In this document: positions 36,788-46,348 of the stretch, in pieces | Position numbering within the stretch: the stretch's first letter is position 1 | How the letters are laid out: every line of letters starts with the position of its first letter | Origin: Dehalococcoidia bacterium | Lineage (GTDB): Bacteria > Chloroflexota > Dehalococcoidia > UBA2979 | DNA: 64,000 bases | Assembly (NCBI GenBank): GCA_965262725.1 | Contig: OZ253555.1 | Location: 1,632,001-1,696,000, forward strand | Direction: 5' to 3' | Notes under the pieces: model-generated | The model's database searches: none | Told to the model about the DNA's origin: nothing | Seen by the model: only the letters and a program-made list of their open reading frames with translations | Program-made: the position numbers and the translations under genes

Positions 36788-38017
36788 TCAGTACCCCTCG
36801 GCCAGACCGAACGTCAGCCAGTCGGCGCCCTGGAGCGCCGCGGCGGGCGCCGCCGCTGCCGGTGCCGCGGGGGCAAGCGCCCCTGCGAGCGCGCGGAGGT
36901 CGAGCGTCACCTTCCCGCCCGCGGCGGAGAGCGGGATCTGCCTCGACACCGCCCGGCGCGCGCTCTCGCGCTCCTCCCGCACCACGCCCAGGACCGCCAT
37001 GCCGAGCGCCCGCCCGACCTCGCCGGCGGGGTAGTGCTCCCGGCCCTCGCGGCGGTTCACGACCGCGCGGGGCAGTGCGGAGCCCGTGTCCTCCCGGATC
37101 GCGGGGAGCGCGGTGCGCGCGTTCCAGATCGAGACCAGATCGGGGCCCGTCACCAGCAGCAACTCGTCGGCCGCCCGCAGCAGCCCCGCATCAGGCGGCG
37201 CGCCGAGGTCCACCACCACCGTCTCGAAGCGCTCGCGCAGCGCCGCCAGCACGCCGCTCAGCGCCCCGCCCGCCAGCCCCGCCGCGAGCTCGGGGCGCTC
37301 CACGCCCGCGAGCACGGAGCAGCCCGGCCCCTCCTGCAGCTCGCGGTCGAGCCGCCCGCCCGCCGCCGCCAGTCCCACCAGCCCGCGCCGCGGGTCGAGA
37401 TCCAGGTAGGGCGCGACGTTGCCGCCGCGGAGGTCCGCGTCCAGCAGCACGACGTCCGTGCCGCTCTCACCCAGCAGCGCCGCCAGCGAGATCGCGATCG
37501 TCGTCTTCCCCGGCGCGCCCTTGCCGCTGGTGACGGCCACGACGCGGCCGCCGGGACGCTGCGCGCGAGGGGCCGGGACGTCCCGCTCCGCCGCGGGAGG
37601 GAGCGCGGCGGGCGGGGCGCCGGCTGAGCCGGCGGCGTCCACGGGGCCCGCAGGCCGCGCGCCGGACGCCGCGGCCTGCCGGAGGGCTGCCGCGACGATG
37701 GCGCCGGGCGATGCGGCGGGAAGCACCCGCCCGAGTCCCGCGAGCCTCGCCGCGTCGGCGGCGTCCGCCGCCAGCAGCACCACCGGCAGCCCACGCTCGC
37801 GCAGCGCGGCGAGCACGCCGTCCGAGAGCCGGTGCAGCTCCGCCGCCGCCAGCACGACATCGAAGCCGGGCTGAGAGGCCCGCTCCAGCAGGCTCGGCCC
37901 GTCCAGGCAGCGCCCGCCGATGGCGATCCCGGCCTGGGCCAGCTCCCTGCTCAGCCGCCGCTCCAGCTCGCGGCTTCCGGCCGCGAGCAGCACCCGCGGG
38001 TCGCTCTGCATCGTCAC
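36788..38017 (-). CDS. CpaE/TadZ-like receiver-MinD ATPase
   Basis: Degenerate REC N-terminus, VAVTSGKGAPGKTT, LLDADL. Confidence 0.85.
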   Translation of the reverse strand: MTMQSDPRVLLAAGSRELERRLSRELAQAGIAIGGRCLDGPSLLERASQPGFDVVLAAAELHRLSDGVLAALRERGLPVVLLAADAADAARLAGLGRVLPAASPGAIVAAALRQAAASGARPAGPVDAAGSAGAPPAALPPAAERDVPAPRAQRPGGRVVAVTSGKGAPGKTTIAISLAALLGESGTDVVLLDADLRGGNVAPYLDLDPRRGLVGLAAAGGRLDRELQEGPGCSVLAGVERPELAAGLAGGALSGVLAALRERFETVVVDLGAPPDAGLLRAADELLLVTGPDLVSIWNARTALPAIREDTGSALPRAVVNRREGREHYPAGEVGRALGMAVLGVVREERESARRAVSRQIPLSAAGGKVTLDLRALAGALAPAAPAAAAPAAALQGADWLTFGLAEGY

Positions 38018-38784
38018 GGACGGCCTCCCTCACCTCCTGCGGGCCGGACGGCGGGCCCGGAGCCGGGCTCCGGCTGAAGCAGCAGCAGCGTCAGCTCGGC
38101 GTTGACGAGGGCGTGCGCGACCGCCTCCGCCCGCTCCCTGGGGATCACCAGCGTCACGTTGGCGGGGCGGCCGTCCTCCGAGGCGTCGCCCGACCCGCCG
38201 AGGGAGACCCGCGTCGACTCCAGCGCCACCGCGTAGACCACCGCCCGCTCCAGGAGCGCCACCGTCCGGCTCTCCGGCCGGCCCGGCTCGCTCGTCGCCA
38301 TCACCGTCACCACGGCGCCGCGGCGCAGCCGCCCGAAGACGGCGTCGTCTTCGACCGGGATCGTCACGGCGAGCTCACCGGGGCCGATCACCGGGCCGCT
38401 CCCCAGGTCGGGACGCACCACGAGCTCGCCGGCATGGATCGCGCCGGTCGCCGTACGGCCGACGGCGGCAGCGAGCTCCGCCTCGGGCAGCGCGAGCGCG
38501 GCGAGCGGCCCCTCGAGCCGCGCCTCGGCCAGCGCCAGGTCGTCCGGCTCGATCACGGCCCCGGAGCCGATGTCGCGTGCGGCGACCACCACCGCTGTCG
38601 TGGTCCGCGCCGCGCTCCACAGCGTCAGGCCGCCCACCACGGAGACGGCGACGAGGGCGAGGCCGGCCAAAAGCCGCATGTCGACGCGGGGCAGCGCCAC
38701 CGCTCGTCCGCGTTGCTCCGCGCTCTCGGCCGCCATCGCCCCGCCCCCGCCCGTCTCGCCGACCCGGCGCCGCTCCGAAGCCAC
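38014..38784 (-). CDS. CpaB/RcpC-like SAF-domain protein (start may be ATG 38736)
   Basis: TM helix, VVVAARDI..G..I...DL, I.AGELV; first gene of the tad operon. Confidence 0.8.
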   Translation of the reverse strand: MASERRRVGETGGGGAMAAESAEQRGRAVALPRVDMRLLAGLALVAVSVVGGLTLWSAARTTTAVVVAARDIGSGAVIEPDDLALAEARLEGPLAALALPEAELAAAVGRTATGAIHAGELVVRPDLGSGPVIGPGELAVTIPVEDDAVFGRLRRGAVVTVMATSEPGRPESRTVALLERAVVYAVALESTRVSLGGSGDASEDGRPANVTLVIPRERAEAVAHALVNAELTLLLLQPEPGSGPAVRPAGGEGGRP

Positions 38785-38914
38785 TCGACCTGGACGCCGG
38801 CGCTCGGCGAAACGGCCAACACCCTACGACGGGCACCGTTCCCATTTGCGCGGCAGATCCGCGCCCCGGGGACGGATATGGGCCCACCGGCGCCCCCATC
38901 GCGCACGCCATGGC

Positions 38915-39018
38915 CCCGAAACAGGTTCAGAACAGGCGGATATCGGGGATCGCGTTTTGGTACGCCACTTGGAACGGTCTGTTCCACGGAATAGAACATC
39001 GAGTCACCCGAAACAGGT
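38915..39018. promoter_or_regulatory. Divergent promoter region with repeated motifs
   Basis: CCCGAAACAGGT at 38915 and 39007; AACAGG repeated 11 bp apart (38920, 38931); palindrome TGGAAC-N5-GTTCCA at 38970-38986. Confidence 0.45.
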
Positions 39019-39020
39019 GG

Positions 39021-39827
39021 ATGGCGGCGGGAGAGGAGGAACGGAGGCATGTGATGCGCGTGGATGACCCCGCCGGAGGAACGCGCCCGCCGGTCCGCCG
39101 GACCCGCGGGCGCGTTCCCCGGGAGCTCCGCGTCTCCCTGCTGGGCACGTCCGCGGTCACCGCGGACGGCGTCGAATGCGAACTGCCGAAGGGCGCCCGG
39201 CGCCTCGTCGCCCTGCTCGCCCTCAACCCGCGCGGCCTGCACAGGAGCGACGCCGCCCGCCGGCTCACCCCCCTCCTGGAGACCGAGAGCGCACGGGCGA
39301 GCCTGCGCAAGGCGCTCACCCGCCTGCGGGCCACGCGCCTTCCGCTGATCGAAGCGGACGGCGCCACGCTGCGCCTCCACCCCCGCGTGACGGTCGACGT
39401 GCGGGAGGCGGAGGCGCTGGCCGCCCGCATCGCGGATCCCTCGCAGCCCCTGCCCGGGGACGGTCGCCACGAGATCCTCATGCTGGAGCCGCTGGCCGGC
39501 TGGGACGACGAGTGGGCCGACCGCGCCCGCACGGGGCTCAGCGGCCGGTTCCTGCGCGCCCTGGACGGATACGCGCGCCGGCTCGCCTCGCGCGGCGATG
39601 TGGACGAGGCGCTGGCCGTCGCCCAGCAGACATGGGACAGCGATCCGCTGCACGAGAGCACCGCCGGCGTGCTGATCGAGATCCACATCGACGACGGGAA
39701 CGCCGACCAGGCGCTGCGCGTCTACCACGCCCTCGAGCGGCACATCGCGGTGGCGCGCGGGCGCGAACCCTCGCGGAAGCTGCAGGCGCTGGTCGCGCCG
39801 CTGCTCGACGGACGGCCGCGATCCTGA
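39021..39827 (+). CDS. SARP/AfsR-type transcriptional regulator (wHTH + BTAD); start uncertain
   Basis: LRVSLLG, RLVALLAL, ARASLRKAL.RLR, VDV, L.GW.DEW, DPLHES, G....AL..Y. Confidence 0.85.
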   Translation: MAAGEEERRHVMRVDDPAGGTRPPVRRTRGRVPRELRVSLLGTSAVTADGVECELPKGARRLVALLALNPRGLHRSDAARRLTPLLETESARASLRKALTRLRATRLPLIEADGATLRLHPRVTVDVREAEALAARIADPSQPLPGDGRHEILMLEPLAGWDDEWADRARTGLSGRFLRALDGYARRLASRGDVDEALAVAQQTWDSDPLHESTAGVLIEIHIDDGNADQALRVYHALERHIAVARGREPSRKLQALVAPLLDGRPRS

Positions 39828-40010
39828 CGGGGGCCCGGGTGCGGAGCACGGGCGCCGTGATGCGTCGACACGCGCGTGGCTGGCCGCCGGCCACCGACGT
39901 ATGCAGTCCCCGCGCTCTGGTTCGGCAGAGCGTCCAGTGGGAAAATGAGCGCTCGGTCCGGCGTGCCGTGTCTCCGATGAGTCGCGTGCGGCGGTGGGAG
40001 CGAGGGGCGG

Positions 40011-40931
40011 GTGAGCGACGTCGCCATTCGGACCGATGGCCTGACCAAGCGGTACGGCAGGAATGTCGCCGTCGACGGGCTCTCGATCGAGGTGGCGCGA
40101 GGGCACGTCTACGGCCTTCTCGGCCCGAACGGATCGGGCAAGACGACGACGATCGGCATGCTGCTCGGGCTGCTCCGACCGACGTCGGGTACCTTCAGCC
40201 TCCTGGGCTCGGCTGAGAGACACCGGGACGCCCTGCGTCGAGTCGGCGCCGTCGTGGAGACTCCCTCCTTCTACCCGTACCTCTCGGGGCGCCGGAACCT
40301 CGCCTACTTCCAGGGGATCTCGGGCCGGGGCTCTCCCGCGGACGTCGACGCGCTGCTCGACAGGGTCGGGCTCCTGCCCCGCGCGGACGGCCGCTTCCAC
40401 ACCTACTCCCTCGGCATGAAGCAGCGCCTGGGCATCGCGTACGCCTTGCTGGGGGACCCGGAGCTCCTGTTTCTGGATGAGCCGACCAACGGGATGGACC
40501 CGGAGGGCATGGCCGAGATCCGGGAGCTGATTCGGAGCCTGGGAACAGACGGCCGGACCGTGCTCCTCTCGAGCCATCTCCTCAACGAGGTCGAGCAGGT
40601 CTGCGACAGCGTGACGATCCTGTCGAAGGGACAGCTGGTGGCGCAGGGCCGGGTCGCCGAGCTGTTAGGGGGCCGGGGCCGACCGCAGATGCGGATGCGG
40701 ACCACCGACGACGCGGCGGCCCACGGGATCCTCTCGGCCCTGGACTGGGTCGACGAGGTGCGTCCGGCGGACGGCTCCCTCATGGTGTCGGCCCCGCACG
40801 AGCGATCCTGGGAGCTGACGGCCGCCCTGGGTCACGCCGGTGTGTACGTCTCCGAGCTCACGCCCGTCCAGACCTCACTCGAGGCGTACTTCCTCGAGGT
40901 CACGGGCGACGGCGAGGCGGAGAGCGCATGA
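40011..40931 (+). CDS. ABC transporter ATP-binding protein (BcrA-like)
   Basis: GPNGSGKTT, YSLGMKQRL, LDEPTNG, SSH. Confidence 0.95.
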   Translation: MSDVAIRTDGLTKRYGRNVAVDGLSIEVARGHVYGLLGPNGSGKTTTIGMLLGLLRPTSGTFSLLGSAERHRDALRRVGAVVETPSFYPYLSGRRNLAYFQGISGRGSPADVDALLDRVGLLPRADGRFHTYSLGMKQRLGIAYALLGDPELLFLDEPTNGMDPEGMAEIRELIRSLGTDGRTVLLSSHLLNEVEQVCDSVTILSKGQLVAQGRVAELLGGRGRPQMRMRTTDDAAAHGILSALDWVDEVRPADGSLMVSAPHERSWELTAALGHAGVYVSELTPVQTSLEAYFLEVTGDGEAESA

Positions 40932-41929
40932 TCGCGCACGTCCTGCGCCTCACGTACTGGGAGTGGTTCAAGCTGCGGCGGCGCTGGATGCCCTGGATCC
41001 TGCTGGCCGTCGCCGTCGTCCTCGCGCAGATCGGCGTGTGGGCCAGCTACGCCCTGTTCCACAACGAGTCCCTGCAGGACGCTCTTTCGGGAGGGAGCTT
41101 CTCGACGACCTACGTCAACGACGGCCGGACCATCACGGTGACGGCGACGTGCGCGGACCTCGTGAACGAGCGACCGCCCGACGGCCTCGAGCTGCTCTCC
41201 GATGCGCAGCGGCGGGACTTCCTGGCCGACGCCGAGCGCTTCCGCGACGAGAGCTGTTCCGGCGCTCCGGCACGCGAGAACATGCGCGAGGGATTCGCGC
41301 TGCCGAGCGCCATTCCGAGGGCCGTGGCGGGCGTGTTCGGCATCGCCGCGCTGCTCGTCCTGATCCTGACCGCATCGGCCCTCGGAAACGAGTACGGCTG
41401 GGGAACTCTCAGGCCGGCGGTCTCCGGGGGGGCCGGACGCTGGCCGCTGCTGCTGTCGAGGCTCGTCCTGCTGATGCTCCTGGGCGCGGGGGGACTCGTC
41501 GTCGTGGGCGCCTCCGCGGCCGTCTCCAGCGTCCTCGCCTCAGTCGTCCCGCCGGCCGAATCCGGAGGGCTCACGGGATCCGGCGAGTGGACCGACGCCG
41601 CGATGACGATGGGCAGGGCCGCCTACGGGCTCGCCCCCTACGTCGCGCTCGCCGCCCTCCTGACCGTGCTGACCCGCTCCGCGAACGCGGCTATGGGCAT
41701 CAGCCTGGGGTACTTCGTCGTCGAGCTCATCTTCGTCCCCCTGCTTCGGAGCTTCGACTGGGGCGAGAGCGTCTCGGCGGCGCTCATCGGCACGAACGTG
41801 GGCATATGGATGGACGGCTCGGATGCGCTCCGGGCGTTCCTCGTGCTGCTGGCGTATACGGTGGCGTCCGCGGGGGGCGCCCTCTGGATCTTCGAGCGCC
41901 GGGACATCACGGGCGCGACGGGCAGCTAG
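40928..41929 (+). CDS. ABC-2 type permease
   Basis: EWFKL, EYGWGT.R, about 6 TM helices, FERRDI; ATGA overlap. Confidence 0.9.
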   Translation: MIAHVLRLTYWEWFKLRRRWMPWILLAVAVVLAQIGVWASYALFHNESLQDALSGGSFSTTYVNDGRTITVTATCADLVNERPPDGLELLSDAQRRDFLADAERFRDESCSGAPARENMREGFALPSAIPRAVAGVFGIAALLVLILTASALGNEYGWGTLRPAVSGGAGRWPLLLSRLVLLMLLGAGGLVVVGASAAVSSVLASVVPPAESGGLTGSGEWTDAAMTMGRAAYGLAPYVALAALLTVLTRSANAAMGISLGYFVVELIFVPLLRSFDWGESVSAALIGTNVGIWMDGSDALRAFLVLLAYTVASAGGALWIFERRDITGATGS

Positions 41930-42574
41930 CCGGAATCCCCGGACCGGGGCGGCGCCACTTCTGGCAGCAGGTCGGGGCGCAGTTCGGGCAGACCGCGCGT
42001 CACGGCGATCGGTCCTCACGCGGTCGCCCGCCCAGTGCGGGCTCGGCGCAGGGGCGAGCACCCGACGTTCGAGACCCTCTGCTTCGAACCGGCGCTGCAG
42101 TGCGAAGCCAGTCGGGACGGCTACCTGGCACGCCACGAGCGAGCCAGCCGTCCCGTGGCGCGGGCGCACGCCTGCTGCGCTTCACGCCGCGGGTCGTGTG
42201 GTCGCTCCGCCGCACGGGACTCTCGCCATCGCGCCTCGACCCGGACCGTCTCCCGTCCGAGTCGCCTGTCGGGTACCGGTCTTCCTGGTGTCTCCCCGGA
42301 TCCGCAGGCAACGGGGCCCCGACTCACTGGCTGCCCCGGATGTGCACGCGGACATGCGCGGGATCGGGGGGCGGGTGGAGGAGTCGCCACTCGCCGCGAT
42401 CACGGTGTAGCGGTGATGCGAGCCGGGGCCGTCCCGCCCGGGCCGCGAGGCGTTGGCGGCGCAGCAGGTGGAGACGGCCGCCGACCCCGGCGATCCGCAT
42501 CCGAGCGCCCGCGCAGCGGGCCGGGCGAGCGCCCGCGCGGCGGGGTATGCTCGCGCGACGACGATGAGCACGGC

Positions 42575-42850
42575 AGACAACCTGCGAGCCACGCAGCCTC
42601 CTCCTGCTTCTTGTCGTACGACAGCAGCGTCCACATGCCATCCGGCGCGAACAGGAGCGTTGATGGAGCGTGCCGCAGTAGCAGGTGGACACACTCGTGC
42701 GTCAGATCGCTGAAGCGCCGAGGGGAAGAGTTCTGCGGGTTTGCAACAACGAGGATTCCGGCGGGCGCGGAGACCGTGAGCGCAGACCAGTCATCCGACT
42801 CATCCTCCAAGGTGCCGAGCGAGGCCGCCGAAATACCGAGTGCTTGAAGT
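42575..42850 (-). pseudogene. ImmA/IrrE-family metallopeptidase fragment
   Basis: WSALT, N......R..SDLTHECVHLLL.H (HExxH), QE..AAWLAGCL; no intact start or end. Confidence 0.7.
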
Positions 42851-42922
42851 TGACGACACCGACTCTCGGCTGATGAACTACACAGCCGTGGACGCTGTCC
42901 GCCCGTCGCAGGCCCGGCTCGC

Positions 42923-45610
42923 TTGGAGGATGCCCTGATCGCCCCGCTAACTCGTCTAAGGGTGGCCGAGGAACTGCTCAAGGCAGTTCGTGTTGGTTCG
43001 CTTCAGGCCGCCGCGCGTGCTCGCCCGGGTTGGGCCGAGTATGCGTTCCGCGGCTTCCGCCCCACCACCATCTCGAGATCGACTGCTCTCTCCAGAACGA
43101 GATGGTTCGCATCCGATCCGAAGTATCTCAGCGAACTCCTCGACATTTATCTCGATGACCTATCAATTCCAGGAGCGTTCAATGACCGACTCGTGACGGC
43201 AGTTGGCAACGCCAGGATACCCACTACTCTCAGAGAAGTGTTCGCCGAGATCGGATCGTTGAGCGATCCTCTGGCTCTTCCGTCCGGAATCGACGTTCGT
43301 GACCAGACAGTAGAGGCGAGTATTTCTCAACACCATCAGGCCGACGCTGGCGAGGTAACCGCTGGAGCGAATGCGGCTGGAGTTCACTCACCGAGCGAAA
43401 CCACTACGCAGAAAAGAAAAGTCTTCGAACGCGTAGACTTCGAATGGGAGTCTCCGACAGACGATGCCAGCGTCGTTCAGGATGCCGTGACCTTATTCGA
43501 AAGGAGCCTCAGCGCCTTCGTCGAGCACGGCCTCCGCCGCATACACGGAGATGCTTGGTTGCGAAGGGGCTGCGGTTCTTACAATGCCCGATGGCGGGAT
43601 CGAGCCAAGAAGGCAACAGCTTCGCCTCCCCTTTCGCAGCTGGGATATGCGGAACTGGCAGAACTTGACGAGATCATACGAGCAAAGCAGAATTGGCCTG
43701 TGTTCAAGCCGTATTTCGCCAGTAAGGAATGGGTTGCCAACCAGTTCGCCAGCATTGTTCCGCTTCGCGTGGAGGGTTTCCATCCGGGAGCTCGGCACAT
43801 GTTCGTACCCGAGGAGGCAGCCGGCTTCGCTGCTATGGCTCGCTTAGCGAGCTGCTACCATGCCTCGACCGGCGATGCCATCGACCTACTGTGGGCGTCT
43901 GAAGAGACTGGGCAACCGGATCCCCCAGACGAAGTCGTCCTGACTTCAAACTTGATTCTCAAGAATTTCGAGAACCTCCCTCCTCACCCACGTGTCTTCG
44001 GAAGAGACACGCAGCTTCGAGCACTTCACAGTTTCTGGAACAGCGAATTTGAGCGGTGCATTGCAATCACGGGCCGAGGCGGGCTTGGAAAGACTGCCCT
44101 CGTCTATGAATTCTTGGATGACCTTCTCCGCGTCCCAGTAGAGCCAGGAATGCGTCCGGAAGTGGATCTTGTCGTGTTCCTCACTGCCAAGCAGATTTGG
44201 GCTGAACACGATGACCAGCAGCAACTTCCAGGTGAACAACGCTTCGGAACGTTGCGCGAGGCTCTCGAGACTACCCTAGGGATCCTCGGCGTGAGCGCAC
44301 CAAGGGATCGCGACATTTCAGAACTCCGTACGGACGTCCTTGAGCTTTCTCGAGACCAACGATGCCTTTTTGTCTTCGACAACCTCGAAACCCTCGACGA
44401 TGAAGAAATTCGAGCCGTAGCGTCGTTCTGCCAGCAGTTGCCGAGTCCGTCGAAATCGATCGTGACAGACAGAGAACGACGCGGAGTCGGCATCGGAACG
44501 TCCATGATCCTACCCGGTCTTTCTCATAGTGCATCCACCGGTTTGATCGACGATCGACTCGAGCGAGCAGGCACAAGGCTCCCCGACCGGAGCAGAAGCA
44601 CGCTCGCTCAAGTCGTCGACTGGCTTGGCGGTGTGCCCCTTTACTTGCACTATCTTGCTAACCTGCTAACGCAAGGGCATACACCCACAGAAGCACTGCA
44701 TAAGATCCGGGGTGAAGACACACTGGGATTGTTGAGGTTTTCGTTCGAGAGTTCGCTGGTACGTCTACCGGAGTCTGCCGTTCAATTGCTCTACTACATG
44801 TCTCTAAAGCGAGAACCGGCTACCCGAAAGGAACTGCTCAGGCTCAGTGATGACCGGACCGACCTCGGAGAAGATATCGACGCTCTCAAGAGCGCCCACT
44901 TCCTTGAGTTGGTGCCGGGACGTAATGCAATTATGTTCCGCGTTGCCGACCGCACACTCGGAGAGTACGTGCGCCTTCAGGCACCAACGCAACTGGAGGC
45001 CGGAGTCGTATCCCGGCTACAGCAGAAGGCCGGTGTGCGCAGCGAGTTCGAGCGCCAGCCGAACGTCGAACAAGCCATTCGCCAGAGTCTTGACGAGGCG
45101 TCCGAGCTCGCTGGTCGTGCTTGGTCGGATGGCATCAGATATCTCGAAGACAAGCGTCTTGAATTCGGTGACGCCCCGCCAATCCTGGGCCGACTTGGAC
45201 ACTTCTATTTCCGGAATCACGACCTTATGGCAGCCCGGCCCCTTCTTGAGAGAGCACTTGCGAGTGAATGGGAAGATTCTGCGACACTCAGGACTTTGGG
45301 GCTCATCAATTTTTGGGAACGACAATTTGAAGAGGCGCAAAACAATGCCGAGGCCGCACTGAGTCTTCAACCCGAGAGTGACCAAACGAAGATGTTGCTA
45401 GGCGAAGTCCTCATGGCTCGGGTAGAGCGATCCCGGCTCACGCTTGATGGCAGGCGCCGTCTCGAGATAGCGAGAAGGGCACTGCGACTGATCGAGGATT
45501 CGCTTATCGAGGACGACTACGCGCATTGGCAACGAAGACACAATGAGCGACGCGATCGACTGCTAGGTAGGTGCGAACTAGTTGTTGCCGAGGCGCGTCG
45601 CGACATCTAG
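42923..45610 (+). CDS. Swt1-like HEPN + STAND (NB-ARC) NTPase + TPR protein
   Basis: FE..L..FV...L....G..W / Y.EL.EL..II...NW..F..YF / RVEGFH (Rx4H); GRGGLGKT, FVFDNLE, GVPL; C-terminal helical repeats. Confidence 0.8.
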   Translation: MEDALIAPLTRLRVAEELLKAVRVGSLQAAARARPGWAEYAFRGFRPTTISRSTALSRTRWFASDPKYLSELLDIYLDDLSIPGAFNDRLVTAVGNARIPTTLREVFAEIGSLSDPLALPSGIDVRDQTVEASISQHHQADAGEVTAGANAAGVHSPSETTTQKRKVFERVDFEWESPTDDASVVQDAVTLFERSLSAFVEHGLRRIHGDAWLRRGCGSYNARWRDRAKKATASPPLSQLGYAELAELDEIIRAKQNWPVFKPYFASKEWVANQFASIVPLRVEGFHPGARHMFVPEEAAGFAAMARLASCYHASTGDAIDLLWASEETGQPDPPDEVVLTSNLILKNFENLPPHPRVFGRDTQLRALHSFWNSEFERCIAITGRGGLGKTALVYEFLDDLLRVPVEPGMRPEVDLVVFLTAKQIWAEHDDQQQLPGEQRFGTLREALETTLGILGVSAPRDRDISELRTDVLELSRDQRCLFVFDNLETLDDEEIRAVASFCQQLPSPSKSIVTDRERRGVGIGTSMILPGLSHSASTGLIDDRLERAGTRLPDRSRSTLAQVVDWLGGVPLYLHYLANLLTQGHTPTEALHKIRGEDTLGLLRFSFESSLVRLPESAVQLLYYMSLKREPATRKELLRLSDDRTDLGEDIDALKSAHFLELVPGRNAIMFRVADRTLGEYVRLQAPTQLEAGVVSRLQQKAGVRSEFERQPNVEQAIRQSLDEASELAGRAWSDGIRYLEDKRLEFGDAPPILGRLGHFYFRNHDLMAARPLLERALASEWEDSATLRTLGLINFWERQFEEAQNNAEAALSLQPESDQTKMLLGEVLMARVERSRLTLDGRRRLEIARRALRLIEDSLIEDDYAHWQRRHNERRDRLLGRCELVVAEARRDI

Positions 45611-45651
45611 CGTGTGCCATCTCCGAATGGCGGCGACAGTTCGGGCAATTG

Positions 45652-45685
45652 GGGGGCCAGGGTTCGAATCCTCGCCGGCGCGCCA
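45652..45685 (+). other. Degenerate tRNA 3' fragment (possible second att site)
   Basis: GGTTCGAATCC T-loop followed by an acceptor-like strand ending GCGCGCCA; imperfect T-stem, no 5' half. Confidence 0.55.
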
Positions 45686-45769
45686 CCCTTCGACCCCTCG
45701 ACCTTCTCCAAGAACCGCTGACCCGACCCCCTGAGACGGAACCGCTGTTGAAGAGAGTCCCATAGCCCG

Positions 45770-46095
45770 CGAGAGCCTCGGCGCGCTCGCGCGGGATCAC
45801 GAGCGTGACGTTGGCGGGGCGGCCGTCCTCCGAGGCGTCCCCGCTCCCGCCGAGGGAGACCCGCGTCGACTCCAGCGCCACCGCGTAGATCACGGCCCGC
45901 TCCAGGAGCGCCACCGTCCGGCTCTCCCGGCCGGCCCGGATCGCTCGTCGCCATCACCGCCACCACGTCGCCGCGGCGCAGCCGCCTGAAGACGCCGTCG
46001 TCCGGGACGGGGATCGTCACGGCGAGCTCGCCCTGACCGATCGCCGGACCGCTCCCCAGGTCGGGCCGCACCACGAGTTCGCCGGCATGGATCGC
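45770..46095 (-). pseudogene. Frameshifted remnant paralog of the cpaB-like gene
   Basis: AIHAGELVVRPDLGSGP and ALLERAV.YAVALESTRVSLGGSGDASEDGRPANVTLVIPRERAEA, nearly identical to 38120-38440. Confidence 0.9.
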
Positions 46096-46348
46096 ACGCC
46101 CCGCGCAGACCGTCACATTGGACTCGAGAACGGTGTGCGATGCCGTCTGTCGGCGCGGCATGCAAGTCCTCCGCGAGTCCGGCGCGACACGATGCACTTC
46201 GCAACGATCACCGAACTCGCCCTCAGCGAGAGCGGCGAAACGAACTCCTCGGGGCTCACCTACAAGGAAGGACAACGTAAGCGCGGTGGTGCCGGCGCCA
46301 AGTTCGCCCTCTGACCGGCCGACAGTGGATGGGTCGACGACGTTGCCC

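Noticed and set aside
38970-38986. LexA box in the tad promoter
   Set aside because: The spacer is 5 nt (GAAC-N5-GTTC), not the 4 nt of the consensus
38625-40577. 650-aa minus-strand ORF and many other long Arg/Pro/Gly-rich ORFs
   Set aside because: Shadow ORFs antisense to or overlapping well-supported genes, as expected in high-GC DNA
41930-42570. Coding genes or structured RNA after the ABC permease
   Set aside because: No recognisable motifs or convincing stems; appears to be degraded sequence
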